In this document: in pieces, positions 14,373-26,700 of the stretch
How positions within the stretch are numbered: position 1 is the first letter of the stretch
Layout of the letters: every line of letters begins with the position of its first letter
Assembly: GCA_044892525.1 (NCBI GenBank)
Contig: CM097887.1
Location: forward strand, 50,406,001-50,470,000
Origin: Schmidtea polychroa
Lineage: Eukaryota
Direction: 5' to 3'
Length of the DNA: 64,000 nt
Program-made: the position numbers and the translations under genes
Notes under the pieces: generated by a model
What the model saw: the letters and a program-made list of their open reading frames with translations, nothing else
The model's database searches: none
What the model was told of the DNA's origin: nothing

Positions 14373-14373
<1 letters not shown>

Positions 14374-15441
14374 CATTTGAAAATTATATTCAGTAAACAA
14401 GAAGTAGTTTTTCAGATATTATTAAAATTTACAAAATTTTGGTATAATTTAACAATTTGTAAAAATTAAACATTAAAATACTGCTGTTGTGCTGATTTGA
14501 TACATTTTAACCATTTTAACCTTTAAATTCATACCTCTTCTAAAATTGAACTTATTGTTCCCACCTCACACCTATACTCAACAAAAGAAGAAATCAAAGC
14601 ATAGTTAATGAATATTATTTATTTATTTTATTATTGTTGAATTTAGATATTGTTAAATTAATTACCGTATAAACCGAGTAATTTTTGATAAATTTTTTTT
14701 CAACATTGAAAAGGTAGGGGCTGAATCAACACCACCTACCTGAACTCATTCAAACACTGATCGAGTATGACACTGAGCATCCGCAAGATATTTGAAATAA
14801 ACTCACCTACCTGAGTTGAAGAAAAGGGTATAAATACCCAAACTGAAAGATAAAAACTACTCACACAAAACAAAAAATGAACAACTCAAAGAAACAATCA
14901 CTTACTTAAAGCCAACAATCAAAAAATCTATAAACCAAAAACTCAAAACAAAACCATCAAAACTCAAGTCAACTCAAACACAAAGATAGAAAACAGAAAG
15001 CACTTACAACTTTGAAAATCAGAATAAAAAATCGACCATCGATAAATCAAATCATCCAAGCAGGCCAAACCCAGAACTTTGAAAATATTTAAAGCTCCCT
15101 GATTAAAATATTCCAAGGCAAAGCTACAACAGAACCCAATCAACAATATCACGAAGAAAATTAGAAAAAGAAATTCTAACAATCAATTCACTGCAGTTGT
15201 AGATACAGAAAAGAGAGGAACCTATCCGGAAATCGAATTTGAAGAAACATTTATTTATTAGTAATATTAACTAGTAATTATAACTATTCACTATTTAATA
15301 AACAAATAATAAATAATTAATTAACTAAACAAATATTTAATTAAATAATTTATTTTTAATTACTAGTTAATAAACTAAAATGTCTTTATTATTATATACA
15401 TACTAAAATGAAAGCATAATTAACAAGAGTTTGGGTATTTT

Positions 15442-15605
15442 TCCAGGGGGCTGTTGTCCAGGGGGATATTGTCTGGGGGATATTGTCCGGGGGATATTGT
15501 CTGGGGGATATTGTCCGGGGGATATTGTCCAAGGGGCTGTTGTCCAAAGGGATATTGTCCGTGGGATACTGTTCGAGGGGATATTCTTCGTGGGATATTG
15601 TCCTG
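15442..15605. repeat. GC-rich minisatellite, unit about GGGGGATATTGTCC
   Basis: About 11 degenerate 14-bp copies; likely the subterminal array of a non-autonomous DNA element. Confidence 0.8.
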
Positions 15606-16677
15606 ATACTAAATAAAATAGATTGAGCGAATTACGATATCGTTATCTTCTTAAGACCAAAGAAAATTGTCTCATTGCGAAAATTGCTAAATATTAATCG
15701 GACCTTATTTAAACAATATATCAAATGTAGTTTGTAAAATATCTCGTGACATAAAGTGAACAATTACAGTGATTTTGTCAACTTAATCTCAGGCAATTCG
15801 ACCGAAAATTCGTTTAGACGAAGGTTTTTTTTATAAAGGTTCGAAATTATGAAGGGACAAGGTAAAGCGAGGCAGGTCACTTTCTACGGTAGCCTATGAA
15901 TTCAGCGACTCGTCGGATTATTAGCAGTTCTCGCTGTAGAGCTTTCATTTGGCCGAAAATTAATCCCTGAAGCTTAGTGCCAACGTCGTTTGCGACGAGC
16001 GTTTAGTGGACGATTAAAATAATTATGGGCGATTGCAGAGGGGAATGCGAGAATAATAAAATATTGGTTAAATACGTGAGAGAAAAGTTAAAGGTCTTCC
16101 TAACAGGTAACCACCATCCGTTTTCTCCTGGAGTATTTTGTTTAAAAACTTTTTCTGTAAGCATATCTGTATTTAAAAATTTAATGTTGCACGGAATAAA
16201 AACCTTTAAAAATTGTATTTTGCTGGGGAAAAGTAGCAGATTAAAATTAAGAATTCGATGCTAAAATCATTGCTGAATTGATGAAGCTGAAATGATGAAG
16301 CCGAATTTCATTTTTAATGATTAATAAAAATACCACTATGCTTAATTAGCTTTATAATTTACAAATGAAGTGAAAAAAGTCAAAGAAAAACCTAAAAACA
16401 TTATTTAATAAATATTTGCTATTTTAGCCCAAGGAACATATTGAACATTCCTTGTATAAATAAAATAAAGTTTTCAGTAAAATAAAGATTCCTTAATAAA
16501 ATTATTGGAAAGCAATTATTAAATGGTAGATTGGATAAAAAATTTGTTTCATTCGAAAATATTAAAATATTTTATTAATTAATTTTAAAATATATTTTAA
16601 TTCTATTTACAAATCTATTTGTTTATATTTATTTGATTTAAATAGTTTTCATAGTAACAACTAATTTATTAATTTAA

Positions 16678-17182
16678 ATGGCATCAGAAAAGAAAAAAGA
16701 TGAAGAAGTTGGTTATAATTACACAGCACAAGATCAAATATGGTATTAATAATAAGTTATATAATTATTTGAGTTATTCAGGAGGGACCACTGTACACAA
16801 GAAATGAAAAAAGCCGGAATCTGGGAGCATAATTGGAGCTTTTTGAAACAGTCTTATCGAGATGTATTTTAAATAAGATTAATTGTTGGTGAAAGTTTTG
16901 ATTCGATCTCACTAGATAATTAAAGACGACATGGATCAGTTGGTGGACAAAGATCGTCCGAAGGCAGAGCTACCTATCCACATGCGTGTGCAGCCCGCGA
17001 CACCGAAAAGTAAATATGTTTCTGTTAAGCCATCAATAACACCGTTTCCAAAAACGACCAGCGGTGAGGTCGGATGGCGATCAGCACACAGAGAACTACA
17101 ATTGGAAACGATTGGGAAGTCCAAACATGCCAAAGGTAGCATCCTAAAGCAGTTGAATTGGCCAGCCGAAGCTGTTGGATAA
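16678..17182 (+). CDS. CIMIP1: C20orf85/CIMIP1-like ciliary microtubule inner protein; exons 16678-16742, 16782-16863 and 16916-17182
   Basis: The spliced product MASEKKKDEEVGYNYTAQDQIWRDHCTQE...WEHNWSFLK...PKAELPIHMRVQPATP...PKTTSGEVGWRSA...KGSILKQLNWP matches the recalled human C20orf85 motifs (QDEIW, WPQNWGFL, PKIELP, PQTTQGFIGWRSA, ARELCWP). GT-AG introns of 39 and 52 nt keep the frame. Confidence 0.85.
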
Positions 17183-17760
17183 ATGTGATGGGGGAATCAT
17201 TTTGTTTGCCATTAATTAATAAATTTCTATTTTGTTTGTATTAAATTAAAATATCTTTATAAATAACTAAGCAATACTTAGAATAAATGTGGGGAGTATT
17301 GTGTTGATATATCTAGTGACCACACGACTATTATTCTTGCTATTCTGTGATTTGAATTATTCTGAATAGCTTTACATTTATTAATTACCCCCTTCTCTAT
17401 TCAAATATATTTATAAGATTTATCTTTCATGAACCACCTATTGTTTGCCCTTTGTTTTAATGAAGAGGGAAATATTTTATTCTTATACAATAATATACTA
17501 GGGGGTTAATATTATGTATTATTAGATATTTTGTTTAGCCTATCTGTAATAGGAACATAATTTAAATTTATGGAATTATAATGAAATTATTAAGAGAAAG
17601 AGTGATAAATATTAAATTTCGTAAAAATTCTTGACCATTCGCCAATACGGGCAAAGTGCTGTGTTTACCGTGGTAAGTGACACGGGTAATTCAATAAAAC
17701 AATTGAGAAATCAATATATTAACAAAAATAATCGATTTACATTAATTATGTAGTTAATAT

Positions 17761-20700
17761 TTATTTAGTTTTTGAGAGAGAGTTTAGATATCTCTCTGGA
17801 GTTAATATTGATGTCCCACCAATGATCACCTCCCAATTCCACCCTCTGCCACCTGCATTGTCTACAGGGAAATTGATATCCTTCTTGATTTGATCAGGAA
17901 TATTTCCAGTTCTTATAGCACTGCACTGGAAGGAATATATCAAATCCCATATTTGCTAAGAAATTATGAAATATACCCATTTTGTGTAATTATAGGCCAC
18001 TCGACATTCCGCCAATGAGACTCCACCTATCACAAAGATTATCAATCTTGGTCCGACATGATTTTCGATTTCATTCGATTTCAACCAGCTTTTTCTTTGG
18101 GGTAAAACGTAACCATTTAAATCTGGCTTTAGATAGTCTGGACTGGATCTTGGCTGATCAAGCTTTCCTATGATACTGGGATTGAAATTACCACGAATCG
18201 CGTCCTAAAGACACACAAAGGTAAATATGCAAACGATATACTCACAACTACCGCTATGAGGTCCTCAATAAATGGGATCCATCTTGATAGAGTATAGCTT
18301 GAACCGTTTAAAATATTTTTTCTGTTTTTAATGAGAAATGGATATTGTTTTACTGGAGTTTTCAATGTCTAAAAATCAATATAAAAATATCTATTAACTG
18401 TAATCCGTTTGCTAGTTGCTATAGCAATGAGAGAATTGTATGGGAACATTATGTCAATTTTGTCAAATTTAGCATCGATAAAATAAAAGTAAATTACAAG
18501 AAATAATTAATAATTTATGGCTATTAAACTTTTTGTTTTTCACCATTGATCGTAAATTATTTATTTTTATTATTAACACGTTAAACACTGGTGGGTCACT
18601 CCGCAACAACATTATCGGCCGCGTACTCACGGATGGGCACACGACATGTTTTAACTGGGGACCGCTTTATGTACAGTAGTCTATTCGCCGGTCCCTCGAA
18701 GAGATATTGTATATCAAATTATTGTACACTAAAAAAATATTCAAAAAATAATATAAGTAACTAAACAATAAAAAAATGCCGGTTCATATGTAAGAAATAC
18801 GATTTTGCAATGCGGTCTTCAACGTGTTAATTGACATCAAATTAATATATTGAAAACGGATGGGACAAATTTGCAATTAGAATTTCATCAATCTTCATTT
18901 AGATCAGGGGTGACCAACCGGTATTGCTTGGTGTACCAAAAAAATATTTTAAAGTTTAGTGGGCTGCACATATAAAAAATTAAAAATATTTATTACAACT
19001 ATTTTATTAGCCTTCAGTTCAGGGGTCTCAAACTCAAACTGGCCTGCGGGCCGCATTAGACTAGTATCATGAGCAGGCGGGCCGCAACATAAATAATTGT
19101 TTTCCAGAACATGTGGAGTCTGAAAGACCGAAGTTAATATTTATTTAATTAAAAACTCAACAAAACTAAAAAACATTTTATTTTAATATTTTAGCATTCA
19201 TTATGCTGCTTTCTTACATTAAAATACTAAAATTAATGTTACTGTGAAATCAATCCATGTTTTGCCCACTTACCTGGCATCGTTTAGCATCAACCAAGGC
19301 ATCAATGTTAGGTTTAATGTCCTGTGATGAAACCAGTCTTAGAGATGCTTGCAGATGTTCATCAGTAAGCCTAGATCTTAATGGCGATTTGATAATTTTC
19401 ATGGAAGAGAAAAATTGTTCGCAAACATACGTAATTCCAAACATTGCTATCATCCTTGCAGCAGCAGAAAGTAACATAGGAAACTTTTCTTTTGAAACAA
19501 ACTGATAAAATTCTAGAATTCCAACATCTGAATACTTTTGCTTCAATATGGAATCACACTGAAGATCTACTAATTCCATCTGCAGTCCTCTGCTATATTT
19601 TCAATCTCAACGGCGAATGGTGTTACAAAAAGCTGAAAATGTGGTTCAAGTGCCTTAAAATCGTTAAAACGTAAAACAAATTGTTGATGCAAATCTGAAA
19701 TTATATCTGCATATTCTTTCAGGGATTGGTTTTCGACTTTTCCTAAGGAATTCAAAGTTGAGAAATGGGCTAAGTTGCCTACAATAAGCTGTCTTTGAAA
19801 TAAAGACAATTTGACTTTGAATGATTTAACACTGTCATACATCTGTGTAATGACTTGTCTTTTGCCCTGAAGTTTTAAATTTAATGCATTCAAATGACCA
19901 GTTAAATCTGTCAGAAAGGCAAGGTCGCAAATAAACTTGGCATCAGTAAGCTGTGGAACCTCATTCTTTTTGAGTTTCATGAAAGAATAAATCTCTTCTC
20001 TAAGTGCAAAAAAACGATTCAGCACATTTCCTCGACTCAGCCATCTAACTTCGGTGTAATAAAGAATTTCCCGATATTCGCTTTCTATACTTGCTAGGAA
20101 AGAAGTGAACTGTCGGTGATTTAAGCCTCGTGAACGTATAAAATTGACCGTTTTCACAACCACATCCATGACACCCATCATTTTAATACTTTTGCTACAC
20201 AGAGCTTCTTGGTGCACAATGCAATGTAAGCTAGTGAAATTATTATTTGGTATATTGAGGCTTTGTAGTTTGGTCTTCACCAATCCAACAACACCGATTG
20301 TTTGTGAACACATAGCTGGCGCTCCATCCGTGACCATTGATACAAGTTTGTTCCATGGTAATCCAGCTTTTTCAAGACAATCTTCCAATCCTTTAAATAA
20401 ATCACGTCCCGTTGTGGTATTCTTCAATGGTACCAAGTCTAGAAATTCTTCCGTTACATTAAATTTACTGTCCACTCCTCTTATAAAAATTGCGCACTGT
20501 GAAGTATCTACCAAATCAGTACTCTCATCAAGAGCGATCGAAAATGCTTCAAAATCTCCAGCCTTTTCAATAAATTGTTTTTTCACATTATCTGCTAAAT
20601 CGGTGATTCTGCTTGCAACTGTATTAGCAGACAGACTTATGCTTTCGAATAGTTTCTTTTTATCAGGAATTAAAATTTCGCTGGCCTTCAAAAAACATTC

Positions 20701-23700
20701 TTTTATGAATGGGCCTTCTGTGAAAGGTCGCGATGATTCAGCTATCATCAGGCTTAGCTCAAAACTTGTTTTTACTGAATTTTCTGCAAATTGGCTTAAA
20801 TTCGAAAAAAAGTTTCGTTGCTTATCAAATTCTATTTTAAGCTTGTTAACTTTTTCATCTCGAATTTTTCCAGTATATTTATCATATTTTTCACGATGCA
20901 TAGTGTCGTAGTGCCGGCGAAGGTTGAACTCCTTTGGTACTGCGATAGTCTGCTGGCATATAAGGCACTGAATTTTATCTCTCGCCTCTGTGAAAAAATA
21001 TAAATTCTCCCACTTCTCTTGGAAAACCCTTCTTTCATCAACGAGTTTTCTTTTTCTAGATAACAAAGTCATTTTCTGATGGGTATAAAAAATTTTAAAT
21101 ATGCCAATTATTATTTGTTGATTGAAATAACATTAAATTAAAATAAACAAAAATTTAAATTATGTAAAATATATGTATTTTTAATATAACTTATATTTTT
21201 TTAATTTAAATAATTTAAATAATAAAATCAATAATTTTTAAAATAAATAAACTGTTTTCGATAAGATTCATAAGAAAGACGTAATAAAGCCATTATTAAA
21301 TTGTACTAGACGTCATATGTATAAATAAAAATAATTAAAAAGATTAGTTTTAATTTATACAGCCAATTATGATTTTAATTGTTAAATAAGTTTGGTTAAA
21401 TTACAAATCTATGTTTTTTCGTTGCGGGCCGCATGCGGCCCGCGGGCCGCATGCGGCCCGCGGGCCGCGTGTTTGAGACCCCTGCTTTAGTTAATGTGAC
21501 ACTTGCTTTTCTATATTTTTTAATATTATTTTCACATCGACTGGTAATTTAGAAGAGGCGCATCGGAATTGATTGGTCGCATTTTCGTCAAGCAAACTGC
21601 TTCGGCATTTCGTTTTTACTACCTTTAACTTTGAAAAAAATGATTCACACCGAAATGTCGTTCCAAAAACTGTGTAATGCATATGACTAGTCGTTTTAAT
21701 TTTGGATATTTATCCTCGATGATATATTTCTGATAGAAATCGAGCTTATTATTAGTATCAAACAAACACTTCAAATCTAAACTCGATTGTAGCTATATTA
21801 ATTCCATTTGCAAATTTGAGGCACCGATTCAACTTCAATATTAAAAGGAGTTGAGAATATTTTGAACAATTCCTCATATTTTTGCAAATATGAAAATCTG
21901 GCCTCGAATTCTTTTATTAATTTGGTGACTTCATTGGAATATTTCAAAAAATCTTTACGGTCACTATGAAAATTATTTAACAATGGAAAATGAATTGAAA
22001 TATACGATCTTAGTTGATTTTTATAAAGCCTAAGTTTTGTTATGAAGAATTTTATATCTTGGTAACATTCCATAATTATTTTATTTTCGCCTGGTAGCTT
22101 CAGATTTAATTCGTTTAATTTCATAGTTATATCTATTATAAAACATAAATCTAGAAGCCATTGATCATCGTAAAAATCACATATTTTATTTCCAGTTTTT
22201 TCCATAAAAAATATTGATACGATTAATTCAATTTATCTTAAATAAAATATTTTGAACTATTATGACCAAAGTATAACAAAGTATAACAAAATATAACAAC
22301 AAGTTTTATATTTGAATGGTATTATTTTCCAATAAAATCTTATATGAGAAATATATAATAGGCTAAATTAAATTTGCTAAAGTGACTTTTTTATTTAATG
22401 AATTTTTAAATATAAAATATAAAAAGTAAAAAAACTTCAAGTGGACCGCAAAAATTTTTAATTGTGCTGCATGCGACCCGCAGGCCGCAGGTTGACCGCC
22501 CCTAATTTAGATAATGACTATTGATCAATCACTTTTTTCATTTTACACGCATTTTTCTCACTGTCTTTCTCAAGTTTTATAAATTTTAGTGTACACTAGA
22601 AAAAAGTAAAAAGGGCAGTGCCAAAAATTTGTGTCAAATACGAAAAAACATTGATAAAAATTAGAATCTAAATGAAGATAAGTGAAATTCAAAAGGAAGA
22701 AACATATCACAGATAGATGATTTTTTCTAATAACAAAGGTTTATATAAATTAGAAATTAAATATAGTGAGGACTACAGTGCACTTTGACCTCAATATCCT
22801 TACAAGGTTATCATACTGTCATTATTATGTCAAGGTCAATAAATATAGGTTAATTGTATCATTTGTGTTTTAATTTAATTTAAATTTAAATAATTAATTT
22901 ATTATTTTAATTATTCCCAGCCAAGGATTATCAGCCACTTAGGGATGATCGCCAAATCTCTAAATGCTGCCGAGGAAAAAGAAAACAAACAAATATAACT
23001 TATTATACAGAATCAAGTATTTCACCAGTTCCAAAAATCAGGATAGTGTGAACTTACTGAAGGGTTGAAGGATTATCAAAGTGATTACGAGTGGTTTTGC
23101 AAATATTGCGCAATAACTTCTGCGGTGTTTTTGACTGAATACAGAAAGGATAATCAAGATACAATGACGTCTATTATTACGTCAGCGTAATTGTGTCTTG
23201 ATTTTCCGTCTTATTTATTATGTTGCGATATTTTTAGCTATCAGGATGATTGATGTAAATTGATTATGAAGAAAGAATTTGATTTCAGTGAAAAATTAAG
23301 TTTTTTCAAATATAAGACTGTGAAAAGCGTATAATCCATTAGAACAAAAGAATTAATTGAACTTGAGAATTCAAATAATTATCTGCCAATCGGATAAGAA
23401 ATTTTCCGTAGGACACATTCCGAATTTGAAATTTGTTTTTATTGTTTTGTGGAACTTCTATCTTAAAAGTTGTGATTGAATTGAATTGTACAAATTATTT
23501 TATGGAAATAATAATTTTAATTTACTGGATTTCACTAAATTTATTTCAAGGAAAGGTTATCCTCTTCCCACAGTCCAATAACTAAATATCGATAAATTAA
23601 TAAAGACATATTTGCATTTTTTATTTAGTTATAAATAGAATTACTGAATTATCATAAATATAAGTCTAACATTTGAGTCTTTCGACAGTACAAAATTTCC

Positions 23701-26700
23701 CATTTTTGCCATCCCTGTCAGAATTTCATTGCAGCGGCCGTCTATCCGCAACTTTTCAATTAACTCGTTGATCGCGCTCTCAATCATTCCTAGGCGAAAT
23801 ATAATTGGTCATTTCTCACTAATCCTTCATGAGCTTACCAGATTGAGTAATTATCAATGCCAATAATAATCGGATTTTCTCAGACATGGTTGCCATAGTA
23901 TTATTGATGACGTTGACTACCATTTTGTCTGGATTCTTTATTGAATTCCCACTGGCATCAGTACCCATGGCTAAATTCTATAATTATCCATAGGTCATAT
24001 TTATATTTAGACCTTCATTTTCTTTTTCATTNNNNNNNNNNNNNNNNNNNNNNNNNNNNNNNNNNNNNNNNNNNNNNNNNNNNNNNNNNNNNNNNNNNNN
24101 NNNNNNNNNNNNNNNNNNNNNNNNNNNNNNNNNNNNNNNNNNNNNNNNNNNNNNNNNNNNNNNNNNNNNNNNNNNNNNNNNNNNNNNNNNNNNNNNNNNN
24201 NNCATTTAAGTTAACCTGGTAATATTGTAGTCATGATATTCTAATGAAACATTTATTATAAACGATATTTTCATATTTTAAAAATATTTGAATACTGATA
24301 AACTGTTATACCGGGTCTTGCACCCATCGCGGCACAAATGCCATTGGCTGGATTCTGTGCTCCAATAGATTCATTAGTCAAAATAAAAAGATCAAATTTG
24401 ATTGATAAATTTTTTCCTATATAAGATTTTCGTGTTTTGTGTTTATTGTTGCGAGGGGAATAATGTAAAAATCTCAAACTACAAAAAATGCACTAAAAAA
24501 TTCTTATCTAACAAGTCTATAAATCGACAGACATTTGGCTAGTCGCATAGTAATTAGTTATATTACTCATTACGAATGAGATTAGATTTGATCGAAACTA
24601 TTTTAACTTTATACTAATTTTATTGTACTCTTTACTGAATATCAATTGTTACAGTTTGTTGTAACGCCAGGTTTAAACAAAAATTCATAAAATGGGGTAG
24701 AAAGAATTCGATTTTACAAACATAAAAATAGAGTTATTAATCTATGTCATTTATGAAGGATTGAAAAATTCAGAAAAGTGTGAAAACGAAAACTGAGCTC
24801 ACTTGTTCACATTCGCATAACTGATTAACACCTGCCTGAAAAGCAGACAAGCAAGCCTCTGATAGATAGAACATGTTCCCCACCGAGGCTGCTTCTTGTC
24901 TGAGGTGGGGCATTTTTTTAACCATAACTTGTAGTTGCTTTCTGACCATGTCCTTATTTGAATTTGGTTCGTTGTAAGAATCTGGAGTTTTATTGGGATT
25001 CTCTGTACTATTGACTGTGTTATCAATGCTTTTCTGAGCACTTGCCAGTTGCTTCAATTTCACTNNNNNNNNNNNNNNNNNNNNNNNNNNNNNNNNNNNN
25101 NNNNNNNNNNNNNNNNNNNNNNNNNNNNNNNNNNNNNNNNNNNNNNNNNNNNNNNNNNNNNNNNNNNNNNNNNNNNNNNNNNNNNNNNNNNNNNNNNNNN
25201 NNNNNNNNNNNNNNNNNNNNNNNNNNNNNNNNNNNNNNNNNNNNNNNNNNNNNNNNNNNNNNNNNNNNNTGCAATGTGGTTGTGTCGTAATTGAATCCAT
25301 AAATCATCGTTTTCTGATAAATCAACATTTACTAGTTTTTGAGTATCAAAATTTTTATAACTAGAAATTGTGCAATAAATAAATACTTAATTTAAATAAA
25401 TATAAATTTTACCTGTAAGTGTCATTTTTTATATCCAATATGTCATAAGCTAAGCATTGCAAATGTAAATCGTGTAGTATAGGAGTTAGAGGATCAATTG
25501 AACGGTCTAATATTAAAAGAACACTTCGATCTTTATGCATTGTCTGAAAACAGAATAATAATAATTTTAATCATANNNNNNNNNNNNNNNNNNNNNNNNN
25601 NNNNNNNNNNNNNNNNNNNNNNNNNNNNNNNNNNNNNNNNNNNNNNNNNNNNNNNNNNNNNNNNNNNNNNNNNNNNNNNNNNNNNNNNNNNNNNNNNNNN
25701 NNNNNNNNNNNNNNNNNNNNNNNNNNNNNNNNNNNNNNNNNNNNNNNNNNNNNNNNNNNNNNNNNNNNNNNNNNNNNNCGGTGAGATCTCCCCGTTTGGT
25801 AATGTACTGCGATACAGTACTGCATATATGGTTTTCAGGATCTTTTTAATATATTTTGATGCCTTTTGCTAGCTTCGCTCCTTCACTCATATTAAACTAT
25901 TTTTTTATATAATACAGTAGATAAAGTTGTTGGGTTTTGGATTACTTCAAGTCGGTTCTCTCTGACTCCTGGTGTTCTTTAAATTAAAACAATGAACGAC
26001 CCAACGTATATTAAAACAACAGGTTCACAATTTATTATCACTTTACAATTACCAATCAAAGTTTTACACGATTCTCTGCTCGGCGTTGATGCTTTGCAAA
26101 CAAACAATATTCACCTTTTGATCCTTTAGTTCTGTTGACTCTCGTTTTCCTCGGTTTCGGTTTGGTTTGATCTCTTTTCTCCTTTCCGTATTCTTAATTC
26201 TATTTCTTCTTTTCCCTACTTCCCTAATTCGTTTACCACTTTTCCTACAGTCTAATTCTTCGAACCCTAGCTGAGGCAAAATGCCGATTTTCTCTGATTT
26301 TCCCTTTGCTTATATACTCCTCGAAATCAGGATGACAAATGGTTATTGCCGAGCCAATCTTTCGTTTGACATTTTCTCCTACGTGTTTGCTTCGGCTGTC
26401 ATCCATAATGGTCCAACGAATCCAGATAATTAATGGCCCTACCGGTCTTCCTACGCGCGTTATCTTCTCCTTACTCTTTTCCCATTAATCATTGTGTCAA
26501 ACTAATGGGCCCAAATCTTCCTTTTGTTTGCCTTTCTTCTTGTTTACCCAGCTCGGGTTTCCTTTATCTCTCGGGTTCTCCATTGGCTCGGGTTTCCCAT
26601 TAGCTCGGGTTTTCCATTAGCCAACTAATTAATTAATTAACGTTTTCTGTTTTCATACGTTTGAATGTTTTTCGACCCTTCCTAACCCTTTTCTGATAAA

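Larger units (their letters stand above)
18905..22504 (-). mobile_element. Older deleted hAT-Buster element that hosts a younger Buster insertion
   Basis: 8-bp TSD ATTTAGAT on both sides; degenerate TIRs CAGGGGTGACCAACC / TAGGGGCGGTCAACC (reverse complement); C-terminal transposase fragments at 21798-22205 and 21491-21682 (FGTTFRCESFFSKLK). Confidence 0.85.

Noticed and set aside
14700-15260. Possible further solo LTR (GGGTATAAATACCC TATA-like motif)
   Set aside because: No TG..CA boundaries or TSD could be fixed.
20144-20911. 255-aa plus-strand ORF, and similar shadow ORFs over 6.7-8.4 kb and 38.6-43.6 kb
   Set aside because: They are antisense shadows of genuine transposase or polyprotein frames.
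24271-24477. 68-aa minus-strand ORF inside a Munc18 intron
   Set aside because: The flanking exons (24803 and 23977) already join in frame with no missing homologous sequence, and no motif was recognised.
26064-26279. Basic 71-aa ORF present in both LTRs (also 45167-45382)
   Set aside because: It starts at TTG, lies in R/U5 downstream of the TATA box, and Lys/Arg richness is expected from the purine-rich strand.
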